In this document: one piece after another, positions 1 through 7,170 of the stretch
Layout: the number at the start of each line of letters is the position of its first letter
Position numbering within the stretch: position 1 is the stretch's first letter
Assembly (NCBI GenBank): GCA_964510585.1
Contig: CAZECW010000067.1
Coordinates: 1-9,297, forward strand
Length of the DNA stretch: 9,297 nt
Direction of reading: 5' to 3'
Source: an uncultured archaeon
Lineage (GTDB): Archaea; Asgardarchaeota; Jordiarchaeia; Jordiarchaeales; Jordiarchaeaceae
Translations under genes and position numbers: made by a program
Notes under the pieces: model-generated
The model's input: the letters and a program-made list of their open reading frames with translations, nothing else
Database searches by the model: none
Told to the model about the DNA's origin: nothing

Positions 1-135
1 TGCGTCTTGTTTAGCCTCTTAAGCCCAAGCCAAACCCTTCAGCTACCAACAACTATTTATATACCATACTTTCAAATAAACTTTCTGGCGATTCATCCCC
101 ACGACTAAAGTCGGGGGCTTTCTCGCCAAGGTTTT
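1..135 (-). mobile_element. Partial copy (left-end half, cut by window start) of non-autonomous IS200/IS605-family element
   Basis: 1-139 aligns with 6263-6404 with about 6-7 differences. On the minus strand: TTAC (139-136), then AAAACCTTGGCGAG-AAAG-CCCCCGACT-TT-AGTCGTGGGG-ATGAATCGCC (hairpin 97-117), then TATATAAATA (63-54). Similarity stops just outside TTAC. Confidence 0.9.
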
Positions 136-159
136 GTAAAAGTAGACCCACAAAAGAGA

Positions 160-205
160 TTCTGGCCACAAAAAATAGAGTAAAAAAGGAAGGTAAAGAA
201 TAGAA
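160..205 (-). terminator. Putative oligo-T archaeal terminator of the S8 gene
   Basis: T-rich tracts on the minus strand directly after the stop at 209 (TTCCTTTTTACTCTATTTTTTGT). Confidence 0.4.
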
Positions 206-208
206 TAA

Positions 209-2731
209 TTAAAGATAATTCACCAAGTATTGGAACGAAGTTAAGGCGTTAGCCCTACCGAATCCGTAAAAAATATCCCAGCCAGGAGGGCCCAAATCAT
301 ATTCTTGAGCTCCAGCAATAAGTGACCAACGAATAACTGCAGCCTTAAGAATAGATGGCACTCCTTGTTTATCACATTGCTGTGCCAAAAGAAGAGTGAT
401 TCCAGCGACCATGGGAACAGAACCACTGGTATATGGACCCGGGCCAGTCAGTTCTGGTTTTGGAAGGTACCAGTGAGGTGAGGGACCAATTGGACTTACA
501 GGAGACCACACTTCATTATTCAAACCCATGGTGGCTGCCACAGTTATCCCCCAGTCTGCGATTCCGGGTAATAATATTCCTCCCACACGGTTTTTGGAGA
601 AATCCAAGTATCCCCCAGCAGCCACAATTACCACTATGCCATTTAGAAAAGCCCTGTCCACCGCATCAGTGAGAAACCCATAAATCTGGTCTCTGCTCCC
701 CAAAGCCAGCGCAATCACAGTAATGTTGAAGCGATCCTTATTCCTAACACACCAATCAATGGCTTCAGCCATGTAAACACAGTTCATGTAGAAGCACTCC
801 TCGCTCCCCGACTTAATCTTGAGATCTATAATGTTAGCCTCTGGCGCTATTCCCTTCACACCTGCCACAAGTTCAGCCACCTCTGTTCCATGCTTTAAGG
901 GGCTTTCCGGAGTCAACTCACCCACTATTCTTGGATCCCCCTCCTGCCCCGTAAGAAAGTTAACCTGGTAGACAACTCTGCCCCCTATATTACTGCTAAA
1001 ATCGTTCACTCCAGAATCAACTACCGCCACCGTAGTACCCCTCCCCGTAATGTTCCAAGCCCTCAATATATCCGCCCCAACAAAGAAGTAATAGGAATAG
1101 TGAGAATCAATGTCCGGAGGAACAAGAGGCTGCTCACTAAACAATACATAAGCCAAATCAAAGTCCCTAACCAATTCTACCAATTTTTGTCTCAAATCCG
1201 TATTATTATCAGCGCTAACATTACCGTAAATCGCATAGTAAGCCTTCTTATCGTAAACAGCGTGCCGACCGTCGTGTGTCTCAAAAGTGAAGTATTCGTT
1301 GTAAGGAGGGTTGTTTAGTTGTGACACGTAGCCTTGCGGTGAAGCTTTAAACCTCAGTATGACTGGAACACTCTGGGGGAAGCTCCCGTTTAGGTTAAGT
1401 AGGGTGGGATCTATCCTGTCTTCGGGAGTCAAGCTTTTCGGCGCCACCCCCACCTGTGTTAATGGTGCAGAGTTCACCCAAATATTTAGAGCCAGGATGG
1501 GCGCAACTAAAGCCAATATCACAAGCAAAAGCACCATGGTTCTAGCAGAAGGCTTAATTATCCCCCTTATAGTGCCTACTATGTCCCAGCCGGACTTCTT
1601 GGCAACCAGGGGCGTCGACACCACACTCGCCACCACTGCCAAGCCCAAATAAACCAGGATGGGAACCGTAGGGGTGTAGGCGGGAATATAATAATTGGAC
1701 AGCACAAGTCTGGAAAGTCCAGGGTAAAAGTAAATATAGACCAAGAAAAGCATTAAAACCACTGTTTTAGATTTTGAGTTCTGCACATACACAGTTACCC
1801 CAATTGTGAAAAGAGTCATTGAGACGAACGTGTAAAAGTTGAAGTTAAGAGGAAAAATGCCATGGATGCGCCCCAAATCCAAGGAGGCGAGGATCGGAGA
1901 ATACAGAACATATCGCTCCACCCATATTTGGAAAGGCACAAAGACCAACGGAAGGGCCAACAATATAAGAATAGTTCCCCCCACAAGCTGGTATCCTCTA
2001 ATAAGGGGCGGACTCTTCCTAAAGCATACAGTAACACAGCCCAGAATAGCAAAGTAAATCCCCACCAGCTCAAATGAATCAACCATGTCCAGTGAAACCC
2101 CCTGAGTATAAAAATAGCCGAACCCCGGAAAAACGTAAAAAGAATAAAATGGGACAGTAAGCATCGTCGAGAAAATCATCACCAACCCAAAGACCACTGT
2201 TACCATTCCAGAAGACAAATAAAATTTTTCACTGGGTCTTTCAACCATCCTGCCCCTCAAAAACAAATCCGCAGCCAACACCAGCGACAGCGTGATAAAA
2301 ACTGAAGCCAAAACAGTAAGCTGAGCCATACCCGTATACCCATTATCCAAATAAAAGGAAGCGTTAAGCAAAGCCGTATTAAAAGCGTAATAGCCACCAC
2401 TCCTCTGCACCACCGACACACAAGCAACCAAGAAAACCACAACTTTACCCACATAGAGTAACCATGCTTCCCTCATCCTAAATTTTCCAATCAAAAACAC
2501 AAACGAAGCAAAAAAGCAAACATCACCAATAGTAAAAACCAGAAACCCAAAAGTCCAAACCACCTCCCCAGTAACCGACACGGAAACGGGGGGCCCTCCA
2601 AGAAAAGAGCAGAACAAAAGTCGCCCCTCACCCAGAGACAAACCCACCAAAGACACAAAAACCCCCACAAAACACCCCACAAAATACTTATCCCTCAAAG
2701 AAGGCTCGGCTCGCTCAATTAATGCAATCAC
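209..2731 (-). CDS. Polytopic membrane protein with C-terminal S8 (subtilisin-like) serine peptidase domain
   Basis: 840-aa ORF, GTG start. Residues ~17-418 contain about 11-12 hydrophobic helices. Residues ~453-535 resemble an I9-like propeptide. Triad motifs: VAVVDSG (D572), HGTEVA (H614), TSGSVPMVAG (S769). C-terminal GWDIFYGFGRANA is typical of subtilases. Confidence 0.9.
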   Translation of the reverse strand: MIALIERAEPSLRDKYFVGCFVGVFVSLVGLSLGEGRLLFCSFLGGPPVSVSVTGEVVWTFGFLVFTIGDVCFFASFVFLIGKFRMREAWLLYVGKVVVFLVACVSVVQRSGGYYAFNTALLNASFYLDNGYTGMAQLTVLASVFITLSLVLAADLFLRGRMVERPSEKFYLSSGMVTVVFGLVMIFSTMLTVPFYSFYVFPGFGYFYTQGVSLDMVDSFELVGIYFAILGCVTVCFRKSPPLIRGYQLVGGTILILLALPLVFVPFQIWVERYVLYSPILASLDLGRIHGIFPLNFNFYTFVSMTLFTIGVTVYVQNSKSKTVVLMLFLVYIYFYPGLSRLVLSNYYIPAYTPTVPILVYLGLAVVASVVSTPLVAKKSGWDIVGTIRGIIKPSARTMVLLLVILALVAPILALNIWVNSAPLTQVGVAPKSLTPEDRIDPTLLNLNGSFPQSVPVILRFKASPQGYVSQLNNPPYNEYFTFETHDGRHAVYDKKAYYAIYGNVSADNNTDLRQKLVELVRDFDLAYVLFSEQPLVPPDIDSHYSYYFFVGADILRAWNITGRGTTVAVVDSGVNDFSSNIGGRVVYQVNFLTGQEGDPRIVGELTPESPLKHGTEVAELVAGVKGIAPEANIIDLKIKSGSEECFYMNCVYMAEAIDWCVRNKDRFNITVIALALGSRDQIYGFLTDAVDRAFLNGIVVIVAAGGYLDFSKNRVGGILLPGIADWGITVAATMGLNNEVWSPVSPIGPSPHWYLPKPELTGPGPYTSGSVPMVAGITLLLAQQCDKQGVPSILKAAVIRWSLIAGAQEYDLGPPGWDIFYGFGRANALTSFQYLVNYL

Positions 2732-3080
2732 CCCACTACTCGGTCAATTACAGAACTCTTAAAAAAACTTTACCATAGAGGAAAACCAACAAACAAAAGT
2801 AAACAGCCACCACACCCCATAAATTTCAGTTACCGACCCCTCCACAGCCCATCCAGTTCAGAAAGCACCCCCACAACCATCATATTTAATTCCTCAGCTT
2901 CATCCATACATGAAGCCCTCTCCCCCCCATATTCTCCAGGAAACAGAAGTTTCTTCAAACGAAAAACAATCCGGAGGGAGAGCAAACAAAAAATACGCTA
3001 GGAACAACAAGCACACAGCACCCAGTTAACTTTCCCCCACAAGATCCAAAAATGTTCTACACCCCACTACTGCAGATAAG

Positions 3081-3102
3081 CAATGAGTCTACCTTTTATA
3101 AT
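3081..3102 (-). promoter_or_regulatory. TATA-like box plus conserved 12-bp motif, oriented toward the S8 gene
   Basis: Minus strand reads ATTATAAAAG-GTAGACTCATTG; the 12-mer is identical to the copies at 3298-3309 and 6064-6075. Confidence 0.6.
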
Positions 3103-3285
3103 GTTCTGATTTTTATATTCTTTTGTGTTAACTTTACGTGGTGGTTTTTGCGGAGGGAAAAACGGGTTTAAACCCCCTGTTTTACGGGGATTTCACGCCT
3201 GGCAGGGTTGGAATCACCAAAAAGTGGTTCCTGTAGGGGAAAGGAAAGCGGGATTTAAAAGTTAACAGAACTGAAACAAATCACC

Positions 3286-3309
3286 ATATAATAAATAGTA
3301 GACTCATTG
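3286..3309 (+). promoter_or_regulatory. TATA-like box plus conserved motif upstream of the ligase pair
   Basis: ATATAATAAATAGTAGACTCATTG; 23/24 identical to 6052-6075. Confidence 0.65.
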
Positions 3310-3330
3310 AGATAAGCGTCCCAAAAATGG

Positions 3331-3362
3331 AAGTAAAAACTTATATACAACATTATATACAA
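3331..3362 (+). promoter_or_regulatory. Alternative BRE/TATA-like region with 10-bp direct repeat
   Basis: AAGTAAAAAC followed by TTATATACAA at 3341-3350 and again at 3353-3362, about 50 nt before the likely TTG start at 3409. Confidence 0.4.
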
Positions 3363-3408
3363 ATAATAATAAAACTCAGGGTAAGTGTGGTGTGGAGGAA
3401 TTTTTATC

Positions 3409-4449
3409 TTGAAAAATGACACAAACTTCTTCAACCCAAAAGTGGAAATGATGCCCAGAAAAGAACTTGAAAAACTACAATTTGACAACCTAAAAAGACA
3501 ACTACAATACGTCTACCAAAAATCAGAATTCTACCACCAAAAACTCAAACAAGCAAACATCAAACCCGAGGACATAAAAGCACAAAAAGACCTCGACAAA
3601 ATACCCGTAACCACCAGAGAAGAAATCCAACAAAAAATAAAAGAAACCAAAGACCCCCACGGCGGCAGACTCTGCCAAACCAGAAACGAACCCCTAATAG
3701 CCTTCTCACCAGAATTTCCCCCAGAAGGGGAACCCATCTACCTAGTCATAAACTTCAAAGACGCCCAATTCGCAGTTGAAACCCTAACCAGACAACTAGT
3801 AATGATAGGCGTAAACAAAAACGACAGAATACTACACATGTCCTGGTCATGGAATCCCCTAAACTCCTTCCTCTCCCCCGTCTACAACAACTACACAAAC
3901 CAATCAGTAGGAGACATACTAAACTGCACAATACTCCACACAGAAGAAGTGGGGCCAGACGCCCCCCGAGCACTATTCACCTCCAAATTCTTCAAACCCA
4001 GCACAGTCATAGCCCCCCACCTAGCACTACTAGGAGTGAAAATGGAAGCCGAAAAACAGAAAATCCCCATAGACACCCTAGGCTACAAAATAATAGTCTT
4101 CAGAGATCGCAAAACTCTACCCAAAGCCGAAGACAAAAAAACCGCCGAAAAGGAATGGGGCGCACGCACCCAATCTATGCTAGACATCCAAGACAACCTC
4201 TTCTACGCCATGGACTGCCCACAACACAAAGGGCTACACGTCTGGGAAGACATGTACCTAGTCGAAGCAACCGATCCCAAAACGGGAAAAACCCTACCAC
4301 CAGGAAACACTGGAAAACTCACAATAACAAACCTATTCGCAGAAGCAGTACCCCTCATAAGATACCAAACCACCATCGACTGCAAAATAGAAACAGAAAC
4401 CTGCCCCTGCGGAAGAACACACGCCCGAATAATACCCACAGACTACTAA
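3409..4449 (+). CDS. Degenerate PaaK/F390-synthetase-like adenylate-forming protein, N-terminal domain only
   Basis: ORF track gives 3385; TTG at 3409 has GGAGG about 10 nt upstream and aligns with the start of the downstream paralog (KNDTNFFNPKVEMMP vs KESEYWNPQVETMP). PaaK hallmarks: FY..KL..A.IKPEDI, GLHVWED.YLVE..DP.TG, G.L.ITNL..EA.PLIRY, CPCGRTH. P-loop is replaced by SPEFPPEGEP and the protein stops at the hinge. Confidence 0.85.
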   Translation: MKNDTNFFNPKVEMMPRKELEKLQFDNLKRQLQYVYQKSEFYHQKLKQANIKPEDIKAQKDLDKIPVTTREEIQQKIKETKDPHGGRLCQTRNEPLIAFSPEFPPEGEPIYLVINFKDAQFAVETLTRQLVMIGVNKNDRILHMSWSWNPLNSFLSPVYNNYTNQSVGDILNCTILHTEEVGPDAPRALFTSKFFKPSTVIAPHLALLGVKMEAEKQKIPIDTLGYKIIVFRDRKTLPKAEDKKTAEKEWGARTQSMLDIQDNLFYAMDCPQHKGLHVWEDMYLVEATDPKTGKTLPPGNTGKLTITNLFAEAVPLIRYQTTIDCKIETETCPCGRTHARIIPTDY

Positions 4450-4467
4450 AAAATGGAGGGAGAAAAA

Positions 4468-5796
4468 ATGAAAGAAAGCGAATATTGGAACCCTCAAGTA
4501 GAAACCATGCCCCTAAACCAACTTAAAGAAATCCAACTCAAAAAAATAAAATACCTTACTAACTACGCCTACCAAAACTCCAAATGGTACCACAAACTCT
4601 ACGACGAAGCAAACATAAAACCTGAAGACATAAAAACCTTAGATGACTTCAAAAAAATCCCCTTCTTCCGAAAAGACGACATGAGACACGAAACCGAAAA
4701 AACAGGAGACCCATTTGCAGGAATCCTAACCGTCCCCTTGGAACGCATAGTGAGCATACACCCCTCAACAGGAACCACAGGAGTCCCCACATTTATGCCC
4801 TACACCTTAGACGACCTCAAAATCATGAGTGACGTCGCCCTAAGAAACCTTTGGATGATGAAACTAAGACCAGGAATGAAAATGATAGCCAACCCCATGA
4901 ACTGGCATTGGTTCGCTTGTGCCTACAATATGGGTTTTCAGAGGTTGAATTTGTCTTGGGGTATTAATGCTTGTATTCCGCATCCTGTGACGGCTCCTCA
5001 CATGTATAATGCCATTGTGAGGCTTAAACCAGACTTCGGAGTCATAGTACTTGACTTGATGCTGGGTTTGAATGATTTGTGTAGGAGGTTAGGTGTGGAG
5101 CCTAAGGAGGCATTCTCCTCCCTTAAATATGTCTTTGATGGGATGGGTGAACCTGTGACGCCGGAGCTGAGGAAGACTCTTGTTGACATGTGGGGTTTGG
5201 AGGATCTCTGGGATGCTGGTGGCGTCGGTGATGGTTTATTACCGGTTGCGGATTGTTATGCGCATCTTGGTCAGCATGTTTGGGACGACTATTACTACAT
5301 TGAGCTTATTGACATGGAAACTGAGGAGATTTTGGGTCCGGAGGAGAAAGGAGAATATTTGGTTACCAACTTTTTTGTGATGGGGCATCCCTATGTGAGG
5401 TTTGCCACGGAAGATTTTGCCTACATGTCAGAGAAGACATGTGATTGTGGAAGGACTCATCTCAGGCTCAGAGTCTTCTCAAGGACTGGTTGGGTGTTTA
5501 ACATTGCGGGACGTAAGATTAATCCTTATGATGTGCGGTTGGTGCTTGAGAAGTTTCCAGAGACTAGGGAGGCCTCTTTCACCATGTACAAAACTAAGGG
5601 TAAGATGGACAAGTTGAAGTTAAAAGTTGCCTACGACAAGGGGCTAACCAAGGATTTGGATGATTTGACCATGCGTGTAAAGGAGGGTATCAAAAAGGAT
5701 TTGGGTGTGGATTCCGAGATTGAATGGGCTACCTGGGAGGAGATTCCGAAGATTTTCCACAAGATTCAGAGAATAACAGACCTTTCAAAGGAGTAG
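4468..5796 (+). CDS. paaK: Phenylacetate-CoA ligase family (PaaK-like) aryl/acyl-CoA ligase; substrate not determinable
   Basis: ORF track gives 4453; ATG at 4468 follows GGAGGG (4455-4460). P-loop HPSTGTTGVP, GQHVWDDYYYIE, HPYVRFATED, CDCGRTH and a complete C-terminal domain ending in HKIQRI with the catalytic-Lys position retained. The symbol marks family membership only. Confidence 0.85.
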   Translation: MKESEYWNPQVETMPLNQLKEIQLKKIKYLTNYAYQNSKWYHKLYDEANIKPEDIKTLDDFKKIPFFRKDDMRHETEKTGDPFAGILTVPLERIVSIHPSTGTTGVPTFMPYTLDDLKIMSDVALRNLWMMKLRPGMKMIANPMNWHWFACAYNMGFQRLNLSWGINACIPHPVTAPHMYNAIVRLKPDFGVIVLDLMLGLNDLCRRLGVEPKEAFSSLKYVFDGMGEPVTPELRKTLVDMWGLEDLWDAGGVGDGLLPVADCYAHLGQHVWDDYYYIELIDMETEEILGPEEKGEYLVTNFFVMGHPYVRFATEDFAYMSEKTCDCGRTHLRLRVFSRTGWVFNIAGRKINPYDVRLVLEKFPETREASFTMYKTKGKMDKLKLKVAYDKGLTKDLDDLTMRVKEGIKKDLGVDSEIEWATWEEIPKIFHKIQRITDLSKE

Positions 5797-5801
5797 CACC
5801 A

Positions 5802-5831
5802 TTCCCCTTTTTCTTCCTCCTTTTTTGTTTT
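5802..5831 (+). terminator. Putative oligo-T terminator of the ligase pair
   Basis: Pyrimidine/T tract TTCCCCTTTTTCTTCCTCCTTTTTTGTTTT directly after the stop at 5796. Confidence 0.55.
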
Positions 5832-6051
5832 GGCCCTTTGGTTTTGTGGTTTATGCGATGGGTCTATGACTTTCCCATTTGTATATTTATTCTTGGCTTT
5901 CACGCGGCTATTTTTTTTGGGAAACATCGTTTCAAACTGACTTTGAGGGCGGTAACGCCCCTTCCCTAAAAAGATAAGGGGGCACAAAATATCCCGCAAG
6001 TGGGTAGTAGGGGGAAGCAAGCAATTAAAAAGGGACAATGAAAAAATCGCT

Positions 6052-6075
6052 ATATGATAAATAGTAGACTCATTG
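6052..6075 (+). promoter_or_regulatory. Third copy of TATA-like box plus GTAGACTCATTG motif, no convincing downstream gene
   Basis: ATATGATAAATAGTAGACTCATTG; 23/24 identical to 3286-3309. Confidence 0.55.
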
Positions 6076-6106
6076 GTTTATGGGGCTGTGTGAAGATTTA
6101 TCTATT

Positions 6107-6313
6107 TTATGCTACTCTTTGATTGACACTCTCCGCGACTAAAGTCGGGAGATTCTTGCTTCTGGCTCATCGGGAGCCTTCGAAGCAATGGGTGTGCCAT
6201 CACCCAGTTAACACGCCCTTCCCTCAAGGGAACGGCGTCTATGTTGGTACCCTCATGGGGGCTGCGTCTTGTTTAGCCTCCTTGAGCCCAAGCCAAACCC
6301 TTCAGCTACCAAC
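6107..6313 (-). ncRNA. Putative TnpB omegaRNA (reRNA)-like structured RNA plus flank-derived 3' guide
   Basis: Consecutive stems on the minus strand: GTTGGTA/TACCAAC (6313-6307 with 6249-6243), GCTG/CAGC, GTTTGGC/GCTAAAC, hairpin 6238-6213, TGGGTG/CACCCA (6206-6189), TTGCTTC/GAAGCAA enclosing GGCTC/GAGCC (6188-6156), and the RE hairpin. It abuts the right end as TnpB omegaRNAs do. Expression is inferred, not shown. Confidence 0.6.
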
Positions 6314-6400
6314 AACTATTTATATACCCTACTTTCAAATAAACTTTTTTGGCGATTCATCCCCACGACTTGAAGTCGGGGGCTTTCTCGCCAAGGTTTT
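6123..6400 (-). mobile_element. Complete ~278-bp non-autonomous IS200/IS605-family element (PATE/MITE-like) with IS608-type ends
   Basis: Left end on the minus strand: TTAC (6404-6401), AAAG guide, hairpin 6382-6361. Right end: GAAT (6155-6152), hairpin CTCCCGACT-TT-AGTCGCGGAG (6151-6131), AGTG, TCAA (6126-6123). No transposase or TnpB coding body. A second TCAA at 6122-6119 makes the right boundary ambiguous by 4 nt. Confidence 0.9.
6317..6326 (-). promoter_or_regulatory. TATA box inside the non-autonomous element
   Basis: TATATAAATA on the minus strand (TTTATATA on plus, so direction is ambiguous); conserved in the copy at 54-63. Confidence 0.5.
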
Positions 6401-6536
6401 GTAATTTAGTTCTATTTACATTTGATAGGTTTGTTTGTTGTTTTGAGTGTCGCAGAAAAAGGTTGAAAAACCTGTGGGGATGGGAGGAATTGTAGATAGC
6501 AATAAGGGGGTGGATAAAGGAAAAGGGGTGTTTAAT

Positions 6537-7170
6537 TTACGGTTTTCTAACTTTTTGTTGCCTTTCCCTAATTCTTTAGAGGGCGTATTTTGCGGCACTT
6601 CTTATGTCCTTGCTGGACCACTCGTAGTCGTCTTCGTCGGAGGCCAATCGTAGTTTGGGATTGAGGTTATGACTTCCACTGCTCCCAGCTCCTATCTCTC
6701 CCAGCGCACCTATTGCGTAAAATTATGGGTAAAAGTGGGTGTCATGGTTGTCGAGATGGTGGATGAGGGGCTCCACCGCCCGCTCATATTTTAATCCCTC
6801 CAGTACACTTATTACCCGGATTAGAATCCTAGGATCTTTTCTTTTTGTAGTAATTCTATGAGGGCTCTACTGCCCTCAAGTCCTTCGTTTTGTTAATTGC
6901 TATCACAGTTGAGTGCCGGACGAATCTATGCTTGTCCTTAGTGCTTTTATTAGTGGTTCTACTGCTTCCCTGTCGCCTATTTTTTCCGGGGAGTTTGCTG
7001 CGGTTCTTCTGACGCTCCAGTGCTTGGCCTTTGGCAGTGCTTCTATGAGTGGTTCCTCTGCTCTTTTGTCTCCTGTCTCTCTGAGAGCCAAAGCTGCATT
7101 TTCCCGAACTTTGGGGTCTTCGTGTCTCAGGTCTTATAATTGGGGAGTTAATTGAATCTCCCACTTATTT
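6537..7170 (-). pseudogene. HEAT-repeat (PBS lyase-type) protein pseudogene
   Basis: Stitched translation: [33 protein letters not shown]...[28 protein letters not shown] / [25 protein letters not shown] / LIELLQKEKDPRILIRVISVLEGLKYERAVEPLIHHL / FYAIGALGEIG...KDIRSAAKYAL. In-frame stops at 7136-7134, ~6725 and 6578-6576; frameshifts near 6938, 6862, 6722 and further downstream. Start position uncertain. Confidence 0.85.

Noticed and set aside
137-153. TAAAAGTAGACCCACAA as a fourth copy of the GTAGACTCATTG motif
   Set aside because: Only 8/12 match and located at a gene 3' end.
241-2682. Short ORFs overlapping the S8 gene in other frames or strand
   Set aside because: Fully nested in a well-supported CDS; low-complexity translations reflect the A/C skew.
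2831-2995. Small minus-strand ORF (…MDEAEELNMMVVGVLSELDGLWRGR) in the long leader of the S8 gene
   Set aside because: Under 60 codons, no clear start signal or motif; cannot be supported from sequence alone.
2729-3071. 12-bp direct repeat CACCCCACTACT (2729-2740, 3060-3071) and CACCCAGTTAAC (3019-3030, 6201-6212)
   Set aside because: A few exact 12-mer matches are expected by chance in 9.3 kb, more with this compositional bias; no supporting context.
3164-3175. Perfect palindrome GGGTTTAAACCC in the divergent intergenic region
   Set aside because: About two 12-bp palindromes are expected by chance in this length; single occurrence.
3255-6038. Alternative ORFs over the ligase pair, including 3849-4526 (225 aa) and 5766-6038
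   Set aside because: Shadow frames of A/C- or G/T-rich DNA with no recognisable motifs or SD sites.
6123-6404. 93-aa plus-strand ORF, and minus-strand frame ending QESPDFSRGECQ
   Set aside because: The first is a read-through of the element's antisense strand. The second resembles the tail of TnpB proteins because it translates the right-end hairpin, but there is no start, RuvC or zinc-finger remnant.
6080-6495. 45-codon ORF (MGLCEDLSIL...) that would be restored by removing the mini-element
   Set aside because: Short, no SD, ATG too close to the TATA-like box, no recognisable protein features.
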